A stretch of DNA of 63,251 bases, filler included, from Olpidium bornovanus S191 (Eukaryota; Fungi; Olpidiomycota), in NCBI GenBank assembly GCA_017911155.1. It is 29 parts of 29 records of this genome, joined end to end, with 100 filler letters (N's around TTAATTAATTAA, not from the genome) between each part and the next. Parts side by side here need not be neighbours in the genome. Positions count along the whole stretch, not along the records: positions 33,651 to 35,483 come from JAEFCI010003956.1; positions 35,584 to 38,374 come from JAEFCI010006862.1; positions 38,475 to 42,291 come from JAEFCI010000920.1; positions 42,392 to 43,797 come from JAEFCI010004308.1; positions 43,898 to 45,276 come from JAEFCI010010524.1; positions 45,377 to 47,092 come from JAEFCI010011699.1; 23 more parts are not named here. One strand, given 5' to 3'. Numbering within the stretch: position 1 is the first letter of the stretch; every line of letters begins with the position of its first letter. Made by a program: the position numbers and the translations under genes. Shown here in pieces: positions 33,801-45,465 of this stretch. The notes under the pieces were generated by a model. The model did not search any database, had not been told where the DNA came from, and worked only from the letters and a program-made list of their open reading frames with translations.

Positions 33801-35583
33801 ATGTAACCTAAACAGAGAGAGAAAAAGAGGGAAAAGGAAAAGAAAAAAAAAGGAACCGAAATATGCCCCGCACGCGCCGCGGCCTTGTCGGGGACGCTGG
33901 ACGAGAACAAAAGCCAAAAGTGACATCATAAAGGCCTTCGTCTTCCCGAAACGCAGACCGAGCCACGCACCGGGCGCTGAAAAACGCGCTGCCTCCACTG
34001 CTGGCGTGTTTTTGTCGCATCGCATCACTCATCCCGACGGCGCTATCGATTACCTTTATCACAAAGGCTGGAGACCTCTTTTGGCCAGAAGAAGCCGGGT
34101 TTTTTCTAAAGAAAGGCGCGCGCAGAGTATAACACGCAGACGCTTTGCGCGCCCGGGAGTGGTGCGCGTTGTCAGCCAATCGCACGACGGCAACTGCAGC
34201 CCGCGAAATGGCTAGACAGCTTGTCCGCCGTCCAACAAGCTTGATGCGAACCTCTGCCTGGTTGACGATGTATGCCCCAGCTCTACGCTGGCTCCCTTGA
34301 GTTGGCCAGCGTTAAATCGCCAAGACCCTCGGGCAGGACGACCCACGATTAGTTACCGCTCGACCCATCCACAGTGCACCAAGATGCGTTGGCCACCGGG
34401 CGGTGTCCCCGGGAAAGTGATATAATGTATGCGATTGGCCGATGTGCCGCGTGTGACTCGGAGGTGAAAGCTGTAAGCGTCTTCAATGCGGCTCAGTTTG
34501 GCGAAAGGACTAGCAATCGTTTTTTACGCCAGTTACACACCTCCCTAGCCGATGCGTGAAACGAAAGTGGACGTGGGAAGTTATCTCTGTTTTTATACCC
34601 GACGAATGTTGGAAATTTCACTACCCCTTGTCTGATGATACCTTCGGAGAACACAAACTATTTCAAGCTCTATTATCCGGCTCTTCGAAATGGCGCCAAG
34701 CTTTACCGTCTCTTAGGGGCATCCGCTTAATGAGGCCGACAGTCTGCCTTGCATATGGACAGGGCAGGCCAGACCTACGCCTGTTCCCAAACATTCTACT
34801 GCGCTCTGCCAGCGGAGTTGGCGACGTTTTGGTTAAGCTGGTGGGTACCCAGTCACGTGACCTGGTGTGTGTGAACGGATAACCGCCGCCCAGCGGGGTT
34901 CCTCTCCGCGCACGAAACAAACCACTTTCTTCGTTTGACGGCCGCATTTCGCGCGCGGCTTCAGACGTGACGCAGCCGCCGTCGGCGTACAGCACAGCAC
35001 CGACAGACAAGATGGCTGCCGAAGGTGAGGCTGTCAACGTCCGTGGACGCCTTCCAGCATGAGAACGAGCGCGCGCGTCGCGATCTCTTATCGAGAAGAA
35101 CGCCGTGATCCTACTTTCTAAGAGTATAATGCGACGGTTGAACCAGCTTGATGCCCAACTTACCCACCGGGCGGCTTGCCTGAGGCGACATGGTCAATTT
35201 TGCGCATGCTTGGGCGACGGCTCGCGCCTTGGTGCGCGACCAGATCGGAAAATCAAATTAAAAATTGCCTTCACCGGTTTGGCGTTGGTGATGCGACGAT
35301 CACATGCCATGATGGTCAAGGTTTGAATTTTTTTGCCGTCGAACGTGAAGCGATCGCAGCATCATGGTTTCTGTGGTTTGCGGGCACGATTGCCAAGGAC
35401 GTGGTGAGGTTTCGTGCTCGGTGAGGACCCTCTGCTGCGTGGCAGTAATCAGTTCATACACCCCAGGTCACGTAGCTACGTGCNNNNNNNNNNNNNNNNN
35501 NNNNNNNNNNNNNNNNNNNNNNNNNNNTTAATTAATTAANNNNNNNNNNNNNNNNNNNNNNNNNNNNNNNNNNNNNNNNNNNN

Positions 35584-36212
35584 CATGCCGGCGGGTGAAA
35601 AGCTTCTGGATCAGGGTTCTGCGAATTTTGCACGAACACGATGATGTACTGGATCAAGAGTGGGGATAATGTCTGGCATAAATCCGAGACGATTTTGATC
35701 GCGGCTGCAAAGGCAAATTTCCTCCCGAATGTTGCCCAAAGCGCGCGGAGAAGAGGTCGCGGTTTAGCCTGGAAAATTTCCGCGGTTTGCGTTCGTCGCA
35801 GAGAATCGAAATGGCGTCAGCCCCGGGATAAGCAAAGCCAGCCCTTCCAAGGCACGCACGCGCGCCCAACACCCGCAGGACAAGCCAGACCCACCTTTTC
35901 TTTCTCCCAGTTCTTGTTGAACTTTTCCGACAGATACTTGGAAGTCAGCGGCTCGTGGAGCTCGTAAAGGTCCTCTTTCTCCAAAAACCGTTTAGCTCCG
36001 GTTCGCAGGAGACCGTCCAGCCAGAAGTAGTAGAGTCTGCTTAACGGGCTTGCGCGTACAAGCGGAATGATGCCGGCGCTTTTTGGCAAATTTGCCGTGC
36101 CGATATCCGTGCCTCTGGACGACGACCTCCCAGAATCCCGCCCGGTTGCGGGGACAGAAGCGCGTCGGGCGTTTAACTCAGTCTTTGAGGAATCATCCGC
36201 CTCTGTCGCCAT
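35584..36212 (-). CDS. ABCC/MRP (YOR1-like) ABC transporter, N-terminal exons (36212-35895, 35768-35584)
   Basis: ASPLSRLYYFWLDGLLRTGAKRFLEKEDLYEL...FNKNWEKE|AKPRPLLRALWATFGRKF...KIVSDLCQTLSPLLIQYII. Phase-0 intron. Confidence 0.9.
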
Positions 36213-36991
36213 GACGAAGCAAGAGGGCTGCCAAGCGCCAGGGGTCGGCCAACCAGCGGCAAGACACCCTCCTCGCGCGAGGTGACCTGAAAAGGGGATT
36301 CAACACCGACTAGGCGCGCCGTATTTGGCTTGGCGGAGTCTCCAGACGGCCAGGGGTAACGAGCGGGACGGCGATCTGCGCTTAGGTGGGAGCGAGAGCG
36401 AGACGTTCCGTGCTCTATCGTCAGCCGGAACCCCCGTGGGTTCGGAACGGGAACGGGTTCCTTCTTTTTCCTCGCGGGCGCGCGACGCAGTGCGCAGGTT
36501 CCCTCGGTGTGCGGGCGCAACAGGGGACCTTCGTGCTTCCAGGACGGGGCCCGATCTTTTCCCGGGTCTCGCGCTTGTTCCCGGTGCGGTGTAGGGTGCG
36601 GACCTCACGCGGCCGAAGTTTGCGTCTTCTTTTCACGTTGCTCGCCTTTTGCTGTCCTTGTCACCGTGCCTTTTATTGGGTGGCGTTGATGGGGGGGGGG
36701 GGGGGACTGAACAGAAGGGGGGCCAAATTTGCCGTTCAGCTCCATTGCAGAGGCCAACGCACTCACCCATCGCTGAAAAAAACATCTCTGGGATCACACC
36801 ACCGTGCGCCTCAGTCAAGGGGTGCCGTGTTTGAATAGGGCATTCTCCGCACAAGTGGAAAAAGACTTCAGCAGGAAATAAGGCATCCACGCGAGTTCCC
36901 AACGATGAACCGGTTATGCCAACTGCTGTGACAGACCCCAGCTGCAATTGGCCTCACTCTGCTCACGCGACTGCAAGCCAGTCATGGCGGC

Positions 36992-37207
36992 CGGCGCCAG
37001 TCGATGCAACATCTGTATTTTTATCTATCGCGTGGCGCGCTTGACCAGGGAGGGAAGCGCGGCCAGTGCATATTGACGGAAAGAAGGATATAATGCGGTA
37101 GCGGCGCCAGTGGATGCAACATCTGTATATTTTTCTAGTGCATGGCGCGCTCGACCGGGGGAACGCGGCCAATGCGCATTAACAGAGAGGGAGATAGGAT
37201 GCGGTAG
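36992..37207. repeat. Two diverged 110-bp tandem copies
   Basis: CGGCGCCAGT(C/G)GATGCAACATCTGTAT...ATGCGGTAG starting at 36992 and 37102. Confidence 0.85.
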
Positions 37208-37339
37208 CCATGCAACGGCAACGTAAAGAAACGAATAAGCATATAGTTCATAATTTAAAGAAAAGACCTGAACAAACGGGATCGGAAATTGTTATGGGAT
37301 GGGATTCATTGCACGCTCATTTGCACAGATCATACCAGT

Positions 37340-38374
37340 TCATTTCGTTTCGAACGGACCCAGCCCGGGATCATAAGAGAACAACGTGCGTTCGGACGGG
37401 GAAACATCCCAGGCACCTCGACCGTTGACACCTCCTGCGGGCAGTTCACGGGTGCGGATAGGTGTGGGCAACGCAGCAGGGGAGAGCGGAGATGATTCGG
37501 GTGCCACGCGGAGGTTCGAAGCCGATAACCGCAACGGGGGCAAAACGGGCGCCGATGTCCAGGCCGGGGCACCGGCAAGCGTGGATGAGCTTGACAGGGT
37601 GAAGGTCGGGAAATCCGGCGACTGCTGGCCACTCCAGGATGGCAGCAGCACGGCGTTAGACGGCCGAGCGAGCTGGATGCCCTGCAGGAACGGTACTAGG
37701 AGCCCTCTGCTCGTGTGGCCGCCGCTCGCGAAGGGGCCGGGACCCAGCGAGCGGCGCTGTCCCGCCCGGATTCTCGTGAGAAAACCCTTGAGCTTCCCAT
37801 CCGACTTCGGGCGCTCGCACTGTGCGCTCCACGACGCGGTGCAGTCTTTCACAATTTCTCCTAGCGTCCGCAAGTCCACCGTCGGCGAATCGCACCCCTC
37901 AGCCGATAGCTTGAAGTAAGGGTCCAGTTGCGTGTGGTCGTCAAATGTCGCCGCCGACGCCTCGGTGTGCCAGACGTGGTAATCCCTCGCGGAATAGGTA
38001 AAAGTGGAGTAATACAATATTGCAAACGTGGCAATTCCTGCGAACAGGCAAGTTGTGAAGACCGTAGGCGAAGTGGCTGTGAGCACGAAGAATCGTATTG
38101 AAACGGACCTTGTCAAAAACAACCAACCTGTGACGAAGGCGAGAGCGACATTCACTACAAGGAAGCTGAACATCGGAATCTTAACAAAGAAATTCACTAC
38201 CAGCGGGAAGTGCTGGCCATGCGAAGGCGCCCTCAGCAAGTGCAACAAATGACCATGTATCAATGGCGTTTCAAACAAACGGCGAAGATGCCTACAAACC
38301 TCGACTGCGAAAGTTAGAATTATTGCTGTTAGCGTCACCACGTAGCGCTTGATAGACCTTTCGCGGAGAACCCG
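37340..38374 (-). CDS. C-terminal part of an unidentified multi-pass membrane protein
   Basis: 333-aa open frame with several hydrophobic stretches (YVVTLTAIILTFAV; MFSFLVVNVALAFVTGWLFL; VFTTCLFAGIATFAILYY) and a polar tail. Confidence 0.55.
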   Translation of the reverse strand, partial: RVLRERSIKRYVVTLTAIILTFAVEVCRHLRRLFETPLIHGHLLHLLRAPSHGQHFPLVVNFFVKIPMFSFLVVNVALAFVTGWLFLTRSVSIRFFVLTATSPTVFTTCLFAGIATFAILYYSTFTYSARDYHVWHTEASAATFDDHTQLDPYFKLSAEGCDSPTVDLRTLGEIVKDCTASWSAQCERPKSDGKLKGFLTRIRAGQRRSLGPGPFASGGHTSRGLLVPFLQGIQLARPSNAVLLPSWSGQQSPDFPTFTLSSSSTLAGAPAWTSAPVLPPLRLSASNLRVAPESSPLSPAALPTPIRTRELPAGGVNGRGAWDVSPSERTLFSYDPGLGPFETK

Positions 38375-38762
38375 NNNNNNNNNNNNNNNNNNNNNNNNNN
38401 NNNNNNNNNNNNNNNNNNTTAATTAATTAANNNNNNNNNNNNNNNNNNNNNNNNNNNNNNNNNNNNNNNNNNNNGAGATGATGTGGGGTGGCGGGTTACG
38501 CGGCGGCAAAAGATAAACAAACGAAAAAAAACCAACAAAAAAATGTCGTGACGCCCTCCCCCCCCCTCCCCCCCCTTTTTTTTCCTTCCACGCGTCTCTC
38601 CGCTAAACGTTTTTGTGTGTTTTGCGGGGGGCGGAATCAAAAGGGCGGAAAGGGTTCCCGGGCGCTCAACCGCCCCCGCCCCAAACACAGTCGACACACA
38701 CACACACCCATCCCCACACACCAACCCAGCACACCCACGCATTCTCCGTCTCTTCCTGGCCA

Positions 38763-38793
<31 letters not shown>

Positions 38794-38863
38794 CCCCCCC
38801 CCCTCCTCCCCCCGCCTTTGCTCTCTCTCTCTCTGGCATCATCTGCCTTCCCCCGCCCTTTCG

Positions 38864-40819
38864 ATGCGCCGCCGGCCGCACCGGCTCCTGCTTCTCCCCA
38901 CGCCGCTGCGGGCCGCCGCCCTCCTGGCGTTCCGGCCGCCGCCCGCCTCCTCCTCCGCCTCGGACGAGGCGGATCCCGCGCGCGCTCCGCAGGGCGGGAG
39001 CGCACCGTCCGCCCGCGCCGGCGGGGAGTGCGCCGCGCTCCTGCCGTGCCGCTCTTACCGGGTGACGGCCGCCAGGTTCTACGGGCCGGACGACTTCGAC
39101 GACGGGTCCGTGGTCTTTCCGGACGAGCGCCCGTTCTCCTTCGCCGTGCCCGCCCGGCTGCCGGTGACGGCCGGGAACTCGGGGAACGCCGCGGACGGCG
39201 CCGCCGCCCTTTTCGTCCTGGGCGCCGGCGCGCCGGCGGCGGCGGCGTCGGCGACGACGTGCTACTACAGGGGAACGTTCCCCGGCAGCGGGAACCCGTT
39301 CTACCCGGAGGAGATCGCCCAGGCCCAGACGTACGCTTTCGACCGGTGCGACGGCGGCGCGCGCGCCGGGAGCGTCGTCACCGCCTCGCAGGTCCGCCTT
39401 CGGGTCATCAGCGGCGGCAACGCGGGCGACGGCCAGCACACGTCGGTCGCCGTGAGCCTGGCCGAGGACCCCGCCACGTGCCGGCAGAGCGACGCGCCGC
39501 CGTCGACGACGTGCGCTCCCGAACAGACCGGCGGGGGAGGGAACGTGCGCGCGCGCGAGAGAATCTCATTTCTTTTTTTGTTTGTTCGGCGCCCACCTCG
39601 CCCGTCGGGGAAAGAACAAAAAAAAAAAACACCCCCGGCGGCCCGGCCGACGTCCCGCGCGGGTTGCGAGTTGCCGTCGTCAAAACAGAATTCTCCCCCC
39701 CCCCCCACATTCTTCCGCGCGCGCCCGCAGTCCCGACAGGTGCGTGGAGGATGCCGTTGCTGCAGACGAACGCCGCGGGGACGGCGGGCGTCTTCGCGGC
39801 GATTCTCCTGGCCGCGGCCGCCGGGACAGTCGCCTTCTGCTTCGGGCGGCGCAGGCGGCGGTGGAAGCGGCTCGCCGGAAAGCCCCGCGGAGGCCCGGAT
39901 CCCTCCCCGGGGACGTCCGGATCGGCCGCGGACGTCCTCGGGTCCGCGGGGCTGGAGAAGGGGGAAGAAAAATGGGGCCCGGCGGCGGCGGCGTCCGACC
40001 CGGCGGCGGGGGCGGCGGCGGGGGACCCGGCGGGCGGCTGCGACGGGCGGGCGGGCTCGGAAGCCACCCTGCAGCAGACGCTGATCCGGCCGCCCGGCGC
40101 GCAGGACGGCGGCGGCGGCGGCGGCGGCGGCCCGTGCCTGCCGGCGTCGATGGTGGTCGCCCCGATCCGCCGCGTCTCCATATCCCACCAGCACCCTTCC
40201 GCCGACCGGCAGCCGGACGGGCGGGCGGCGGCGGCGGCGGCGGCGGCGCGTGCGCGGGCGGCCGTCGGGCAATGCCGTTCCGCGCCCTGCGCGCCGGCGA
40301 CGCCCGCCGGCGGCCCTCCCGCGCGGGAAGGGGCGTACCACCGCGCGCTCTCCCCGGCGCCGCCCGGCGGGCCGGCCGAGGAGCCGGCCGCCGCCGCGGG
40401 AGACGCGCGGGCCGGGTGCGCCGAGCCGCGCGGCGGGGCCCCCTCGCCCGCGGCCGCCGCCGCTCCGGCGCTGCTCAACACCTTCGGTTCCAGCCGCGCG
40501 GCTTTTCGCCCGGCCGCCGCCGCCGCCGCCGCCGCGAACGACGAAAGCGCCGGTTCCGCCGGCGACGCGTCGGACGCCGGAGCTGCCGTCGCCGCGCCGC
40601 GTAAGAGAAATCGAGCGGTCGGGTCCCTTCCCCTCCACCCGCGGAGGCGCCGCCCCCCCGCGGGCTTGGGCTGACGCACCCCTCTTTCTCGTATTCCCCC
40701 GGCCCCCCGCGCCTCCCTCCGCGAAGCAGCGAGAGCGGCGACTTCGTCGGCAACCGTTGTGCGCGAAGACGCGACCCTCATGTACACGCGACAATGTGGG
40801 GCTTCAGATCATTTTCGCC

Positions 40820-40864
<45 letters not shown>

Positions 40865-41928
40865 TCTCTACATTTCTGCTCGGACTCCCCTCCGGCGCCG
40901 GTTGAGGGGGGAAAACCTCTGCGCGGCCACGTTTCTTCTCTATCCTTCTATTTTTTTTTTTTCCGGTTTCCGGAACCGCTCTGACGAAACGCCCTTCCGT
41001 TCCCCTTTTTTCGCCGGGCGGAAAAAAAAAAAAAAAAAAAAAAAAAAATATTCCAGCCCCCCTCATGCTCCCGTCGTTCTTGAAAATGAGCTACCAGGCG
41101 GATTTCACCATAGCGGGCATCATCGCGGAGGGCGGCGCCGGCGTCATCCACGCCGCCAGCCTCCGGCAGGACTACCACAAGGCCAAGCACGGGCACGCCC
41201 CGGTTGCGGTCAAGGTGATCAAAAGTACGGCGGCCGCTTTCCTCGCCCAAAAGTCCTCCCGGCCCGCCCCGCCCCCCAGCCCACGGCCGCGCGGTTTTGC
41301 GCGACGCGGAGGTTTTGTGTGAGCATTGTCGGTGACGTCGATCCCCCCGCCCCGCCCCGCCCCGCCACAGAAACCGACGGGTTCACCAAATCGTTCCTCG
41401 AACAGTACTTCTGCCAGGAAGTTTCCGTCCTGTGGTCCCTCTCGTTCTTGCCCAACGTCGTCAAGCGTAAGCGCGGCTTTTCCCCCCGGCCGCCCTGCCC
41501 TGCTGCTTTTTGCGCCGATGTTTATTACCGCCTCCTACGGGTGGCGGCGGCTACGAGCTTACCTGCAAAGCGGCAACCCCCCCGCTCCCCCTCCCGAACC
41601 CCGTCTGATACCCGACCCCCCTCAAGTAATCGGGTACTGCGAAGGTACAAGACAAAAAAAAAACCCCCCCGCGCGCGCAAGAAGAGCGGACGGCATTCAA
41701 GAAGACGAAACGCGCCTTTGTTTCAAGCTTCCGTTCGGACTCTTCGAGATCCTTGACCGAATCTCCCCCCCCCCCCCCCCCCTTCCCTTCAACTCGCAGA
41801 ACCGCTCGCGATCGTCACCAAACTGTACGACGGATCGCTGTTCCACCTGTTCGTGGCGAACAAAACCCTGCCGCTGCCGCCCGAGCTCGTTTTGAAGTTC
41901 GCGCACGGCATCGCATCGGCAATGGCAG
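38864..41928 (+). CDS. Single-pass receptor-like protein kinase (TKL-type), 3'-incomplete (exons 38864-39544, 39766-40600, 40730-40795, 41057-41224, 41371-41466, 41627-41644, 41800 to about 41928)
   Basis: Possible signal sequence, Cys-containing ectodomain, TM TAGVFAAILLAAAAGTVAFCFG followed by RRRRRWKR, an Ala/Pro-rich linker, then kinase IAEGGAGVIH..VAVKVIK..FCQEVSVL..PNVVK|LIGYCE|EPLAIVTKLYDGSL..KFAHGIASAM. All six introns are GT-AG and phase-compatible. Confidence 0.75.
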
Positions 41929-42108
41929 GGGATTTTCCGGCGAGCGCTTCCCGCCCCTCCCCCCCCCCCCCCTCGCCCCCCCCCCCCCCCCCCCAACCCC
42001 CCCCCACGCCACAGCCGCCGCTTCCCTCCGGGAGACAGCAGAGAAGGTGGGGGCGAGAGAGCGACGGAGCGCAGAAAACACCGGCAGGCAGGCAGGGTCT
42101 CTCTCTCC

Positions 42109-42156
<48 letters not shown>

Positions 42157-44052
42157 CCTCTCTCGGGCGCCGCCGGTAAGTGCGACGCATCTCCGCTGTC
42201 TCTCTTTCTCTCTCTTCCCCTCTCCGGACACCCCCCCCCCCCCCCCCCCCCCCCCCCTGGGGCCAAGCCCCCCTTCGCCGTCGCCAGCCGCNNNNNNNNN
42301 NNNNNNNNNNNNNNNNNNNNNNNNNNNNNNNNNNNTTAATTAATTAANNNNNNNNNNNNNNNNNNNNNNNNNNNNNNNNNNNNNNNNNNNNCCGACGTGA
42401 AGTTGGACAAACAATGGTGGAGATTACTACATCCACACGATCGATCGGGATCCGCTCGCCGCGTTCCACGCTTCTCTGCTCAAGTGAAAGAGGGAGAGGT
42501 GCGGAAGGAGGGTTGGTTGTGGGGGGACAAAAGTTTTCTCATGCGGCAAAAGTTCATTGAAATGACGGTCAGAACGCAACAATTATTCGAAGGCGCCGGA
42601 AAAAAACGCAAGAATTATTCGAAGACGCAGGAAAAAGTCCACGTTGCAAGTTTTGCACACTGCAACCTCAGCAATCGCGCCTTTTTGATTTTTTTATATT
42701 TGGTTTTCTGCCCTATCTTGAATGTCGTTTCCGACCGTTTTTGTTTCTGTCTAGTTCTATGCGCACAACTAGAAATCCCTTTCTCGCAGCAATGCCCGCC
42801 ACCACGTCCAGCTCTCCACGTGTTTTGATCTCGGAAAGCAATTGCTCCGGGCCAGCATTGGCCAGATTTGGCGCTCGCTTTCCCGGTCCACCTGGGAAAG
42901 CGTGCCCCCGATGGATGGGGATAAGGGGCGGGGGCGCGGGCCGGGGGAGGGGAAGGGGGCCAAAGTCGGGGGGAGTTTTGCAACTGGGCAGGGGATCATC
43001 ACTTTACGAATGACGGCAAATCGTGCAAACGCTCTTCCCTCCGAAAGGTTGCCAGAGATAGGTTGAGGTTGTTCTGGCTGAGTTGCGCTCCGGTTCGCAA
43101 GCGGACGGTGCCAAACGATGGTGACCCGCCGAGGCGAGCTGCGTGCGGTGTTTTTTTTTTCCTTGCAGGATTGAACGCGTAGCCCCGCCTGCACCGTTCG
43201 AAAGGATGCGAAATTCACCGTTTCCTAGTGTGAATCGTCCTGGCTCTCCGTCAGGAGGCCACAGATTGGCGAACGGATGGCACCAAACGAAAGAAGGCCG
43301 GCGGGGCTTTTTTTTTGACATGCGTTTCGGGAAATTCAGACGTAAGGCCGAGAAGCTACGGCATTCTCGAATGCAGGTAAGCGTTCCGCGCAGCACGGGT
43401 TCCTTACCGTTGCTATGGTTCCAGGAGACATGTAATGGAAATCACGAATAGAAGGGCCGAACGGTCCGTCGCGTATTCTAACTATTATTGAACTTCCTAA
43501 CGAAATCCCAGGGGGGTATAGAGGAAAGAGCCTGTGCCGCACGCTGCTCTTGAAAAGGGCGCCTTTTCCCTTTTTTCTTCTACAGGAGGCCGGGGGGCCA
43601 AAAGTGACCAAGGCTCATAACTTTTTTTTTCATGTTCGAAGCCACCTTGAACAATTATCGACGGGGTGTCGTTGCCAGGGAGTGCGACGGTTATGTTCTT
43701 CGTCAGCATATCAACGTTATCCGGTATGCGACTTGTTGCCGGTGGTGCCATTCCTCACGTCAGATTGTCATCAAACTTCGGGCAGTTCTGGCCTAAGNNN
43801 NNNNNNNNNNNNNNNNNNNNNNNNNNNNNNNNNNNNNNNNNTTAATTAATTAANNNNNNNNNNNNNNNNNNNNNNNNNNNNNNNNNNNNNNNNNNNNCAT
43901 GCCTGTGACCAAATAGTAGTAAATTCTCAATCTATCAATATCGTGGAGATTAAAAATACGCTAAAAGTACGCCGCCAGGTCGCGGTACATCCAGTTTGCC
44001 ACCCATCCGTTCCTTCCTGTGGTGAGCCGCACAGCTGAAGCCGCTCCCGCAT

Positions 44053-44504
44053 TTACCACACGCCGTACCCCTTCCCCTTGTAACCAGGGAAGCCGAAATT
44101 GTTGTAGTGCGCCTTCTTCTTGTTGTTCTTGACGGCCGCGTGGTCGAAGTCCTTCTTCTGCGCGTTGGCCTTGGCGTGCGTGTTCTTCTTGACCTGGTTG
44201 TATGCGAAGCTGAAAAAAAAAGCGAAGTGCCGCCCGGTTCAGCCGTAACGTACGAACGACGACCGCCGCCAGCTTCGGCTGTTTCCGTGCACGATCCCGC
44301 CGTCCAAACGCACCCCTGGTTCACTTTCGCGTGTTTGTCATATTTGTTGCTCTTGACGGCCGCGTTCGCGTTTTTCTTGACGGCGGCGTTGTTGTGGTTG
44401 TTGTTTTTAGAGTTTTTGGCGTATCCCGGCTCGGGGTCGGCAGCGGCGGACACGGCGGCGGCAATCACGGCGACGGCGACAGCGGCGGAAAACCCGAGCT
44501 TCAT
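44053..44504 (-). CDS. Complete 115-aa small secreted Lys/Asn-rich protein (exons 44504-44314, 44209-44053)
   Basis: MKLGFSAAVAVAVIAAAVSAAA|DPEPGYAKNSK...VNQG|FAYNQVKK...GYKGKGYGVW*. Phase-2 GTGCGT...TTTCAG intron, 348 nt total. Confidence 0.85.
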
Positions 44505-45376
44505 TTTTTTTTGGTTTTGCCTGCGGTTGTTAAAATCTGGAAGGGTTCCTGGAAGTCCGGCTTTTGCTGGATGATGCCTGAACGGAAGCCGGGAACCACC
44601 GGCGGATTTTATGTGCGGCCCCGACCCCGGCCCGTCCCTAAGAACAGCTCCCAACGCCGTGCCCTCGCAAGCCCGCGAAACGGCTCGGCATTCTTTTTTT
44701 TTTCCGGAGTACAAGCTGACCTCACATTACGCGACGCTTGATGTCAGCGAAAAGGAGGCCGCAAAGATGCCGCCGGCCTTTTCTTTGCGCCGTGCTAGGG
44801 AGAAAAAGCCGGTGAAGGGCGGGGGCGACGGCGGTGCCGCCGCGACCGTCCGCAGTTCACATTTCCGGGGCTTGACGTCATGTTGGAAGTTCCAAAGCAC
44901 GCTGGCTGGACCCGAAATGATCTCGATCGCCCGCGGTTTCTTCGCCGCTCGGCCCGCGGGACCGAAACCTGGGGCCGTTCGAACGGCCCCCCCCCCCCCG
45001 GTCCTCCGCCGTCGGAAATGGCGGGGGACGGCACGGTTCACCCCCTTCGTTTTTTTTTTTCGGTGTTTCTTTTTTCTTTCCTGCTGAAAATCCGTCGCAA
45101 AAAGACCAGCGCGGCCCGCCTCGTTTTTAACGTGGCGTGAAACGAAAACTGGGCGCATGAACGCCCGAACGGCGCAAAGAATAAGGGGAAAAAAAGAAAG
45201 ACTTAGTGGATTTTTTTTTCCGTTCCCGCCCACACCCACTACCTCGGACTCCCCGCGGAATTTCGCGCGGCGACCCNNNNNNNNNNNNNNNNNNNNNNNN
45301 NNNNNNNNNNNNNNNNNNNNTTAATTAATTAANNNNNNNNNNNNNNNNNNNNNNNNNNNNNNNNNNNNNNNNNNNN

Positions 45377-45422
<46 letters not shown>

Positions 45423-45465
45423 GCGGAGCGGAACCCTGCAGCGGAAGACGGGGTAAAGGAATTTT

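Noticed and set aside
34300-35483. Short ORFs in contig 16
   Set aside because: Frequent stops in all frames and no recognisable family.
43608-43625. Third partial match to the Copia PBS (GGCTCATAACTT)
   Set aside because: It lacks the GG adjacent to an LTR-terminal CA and has no gag downstream, so it is probably chance.
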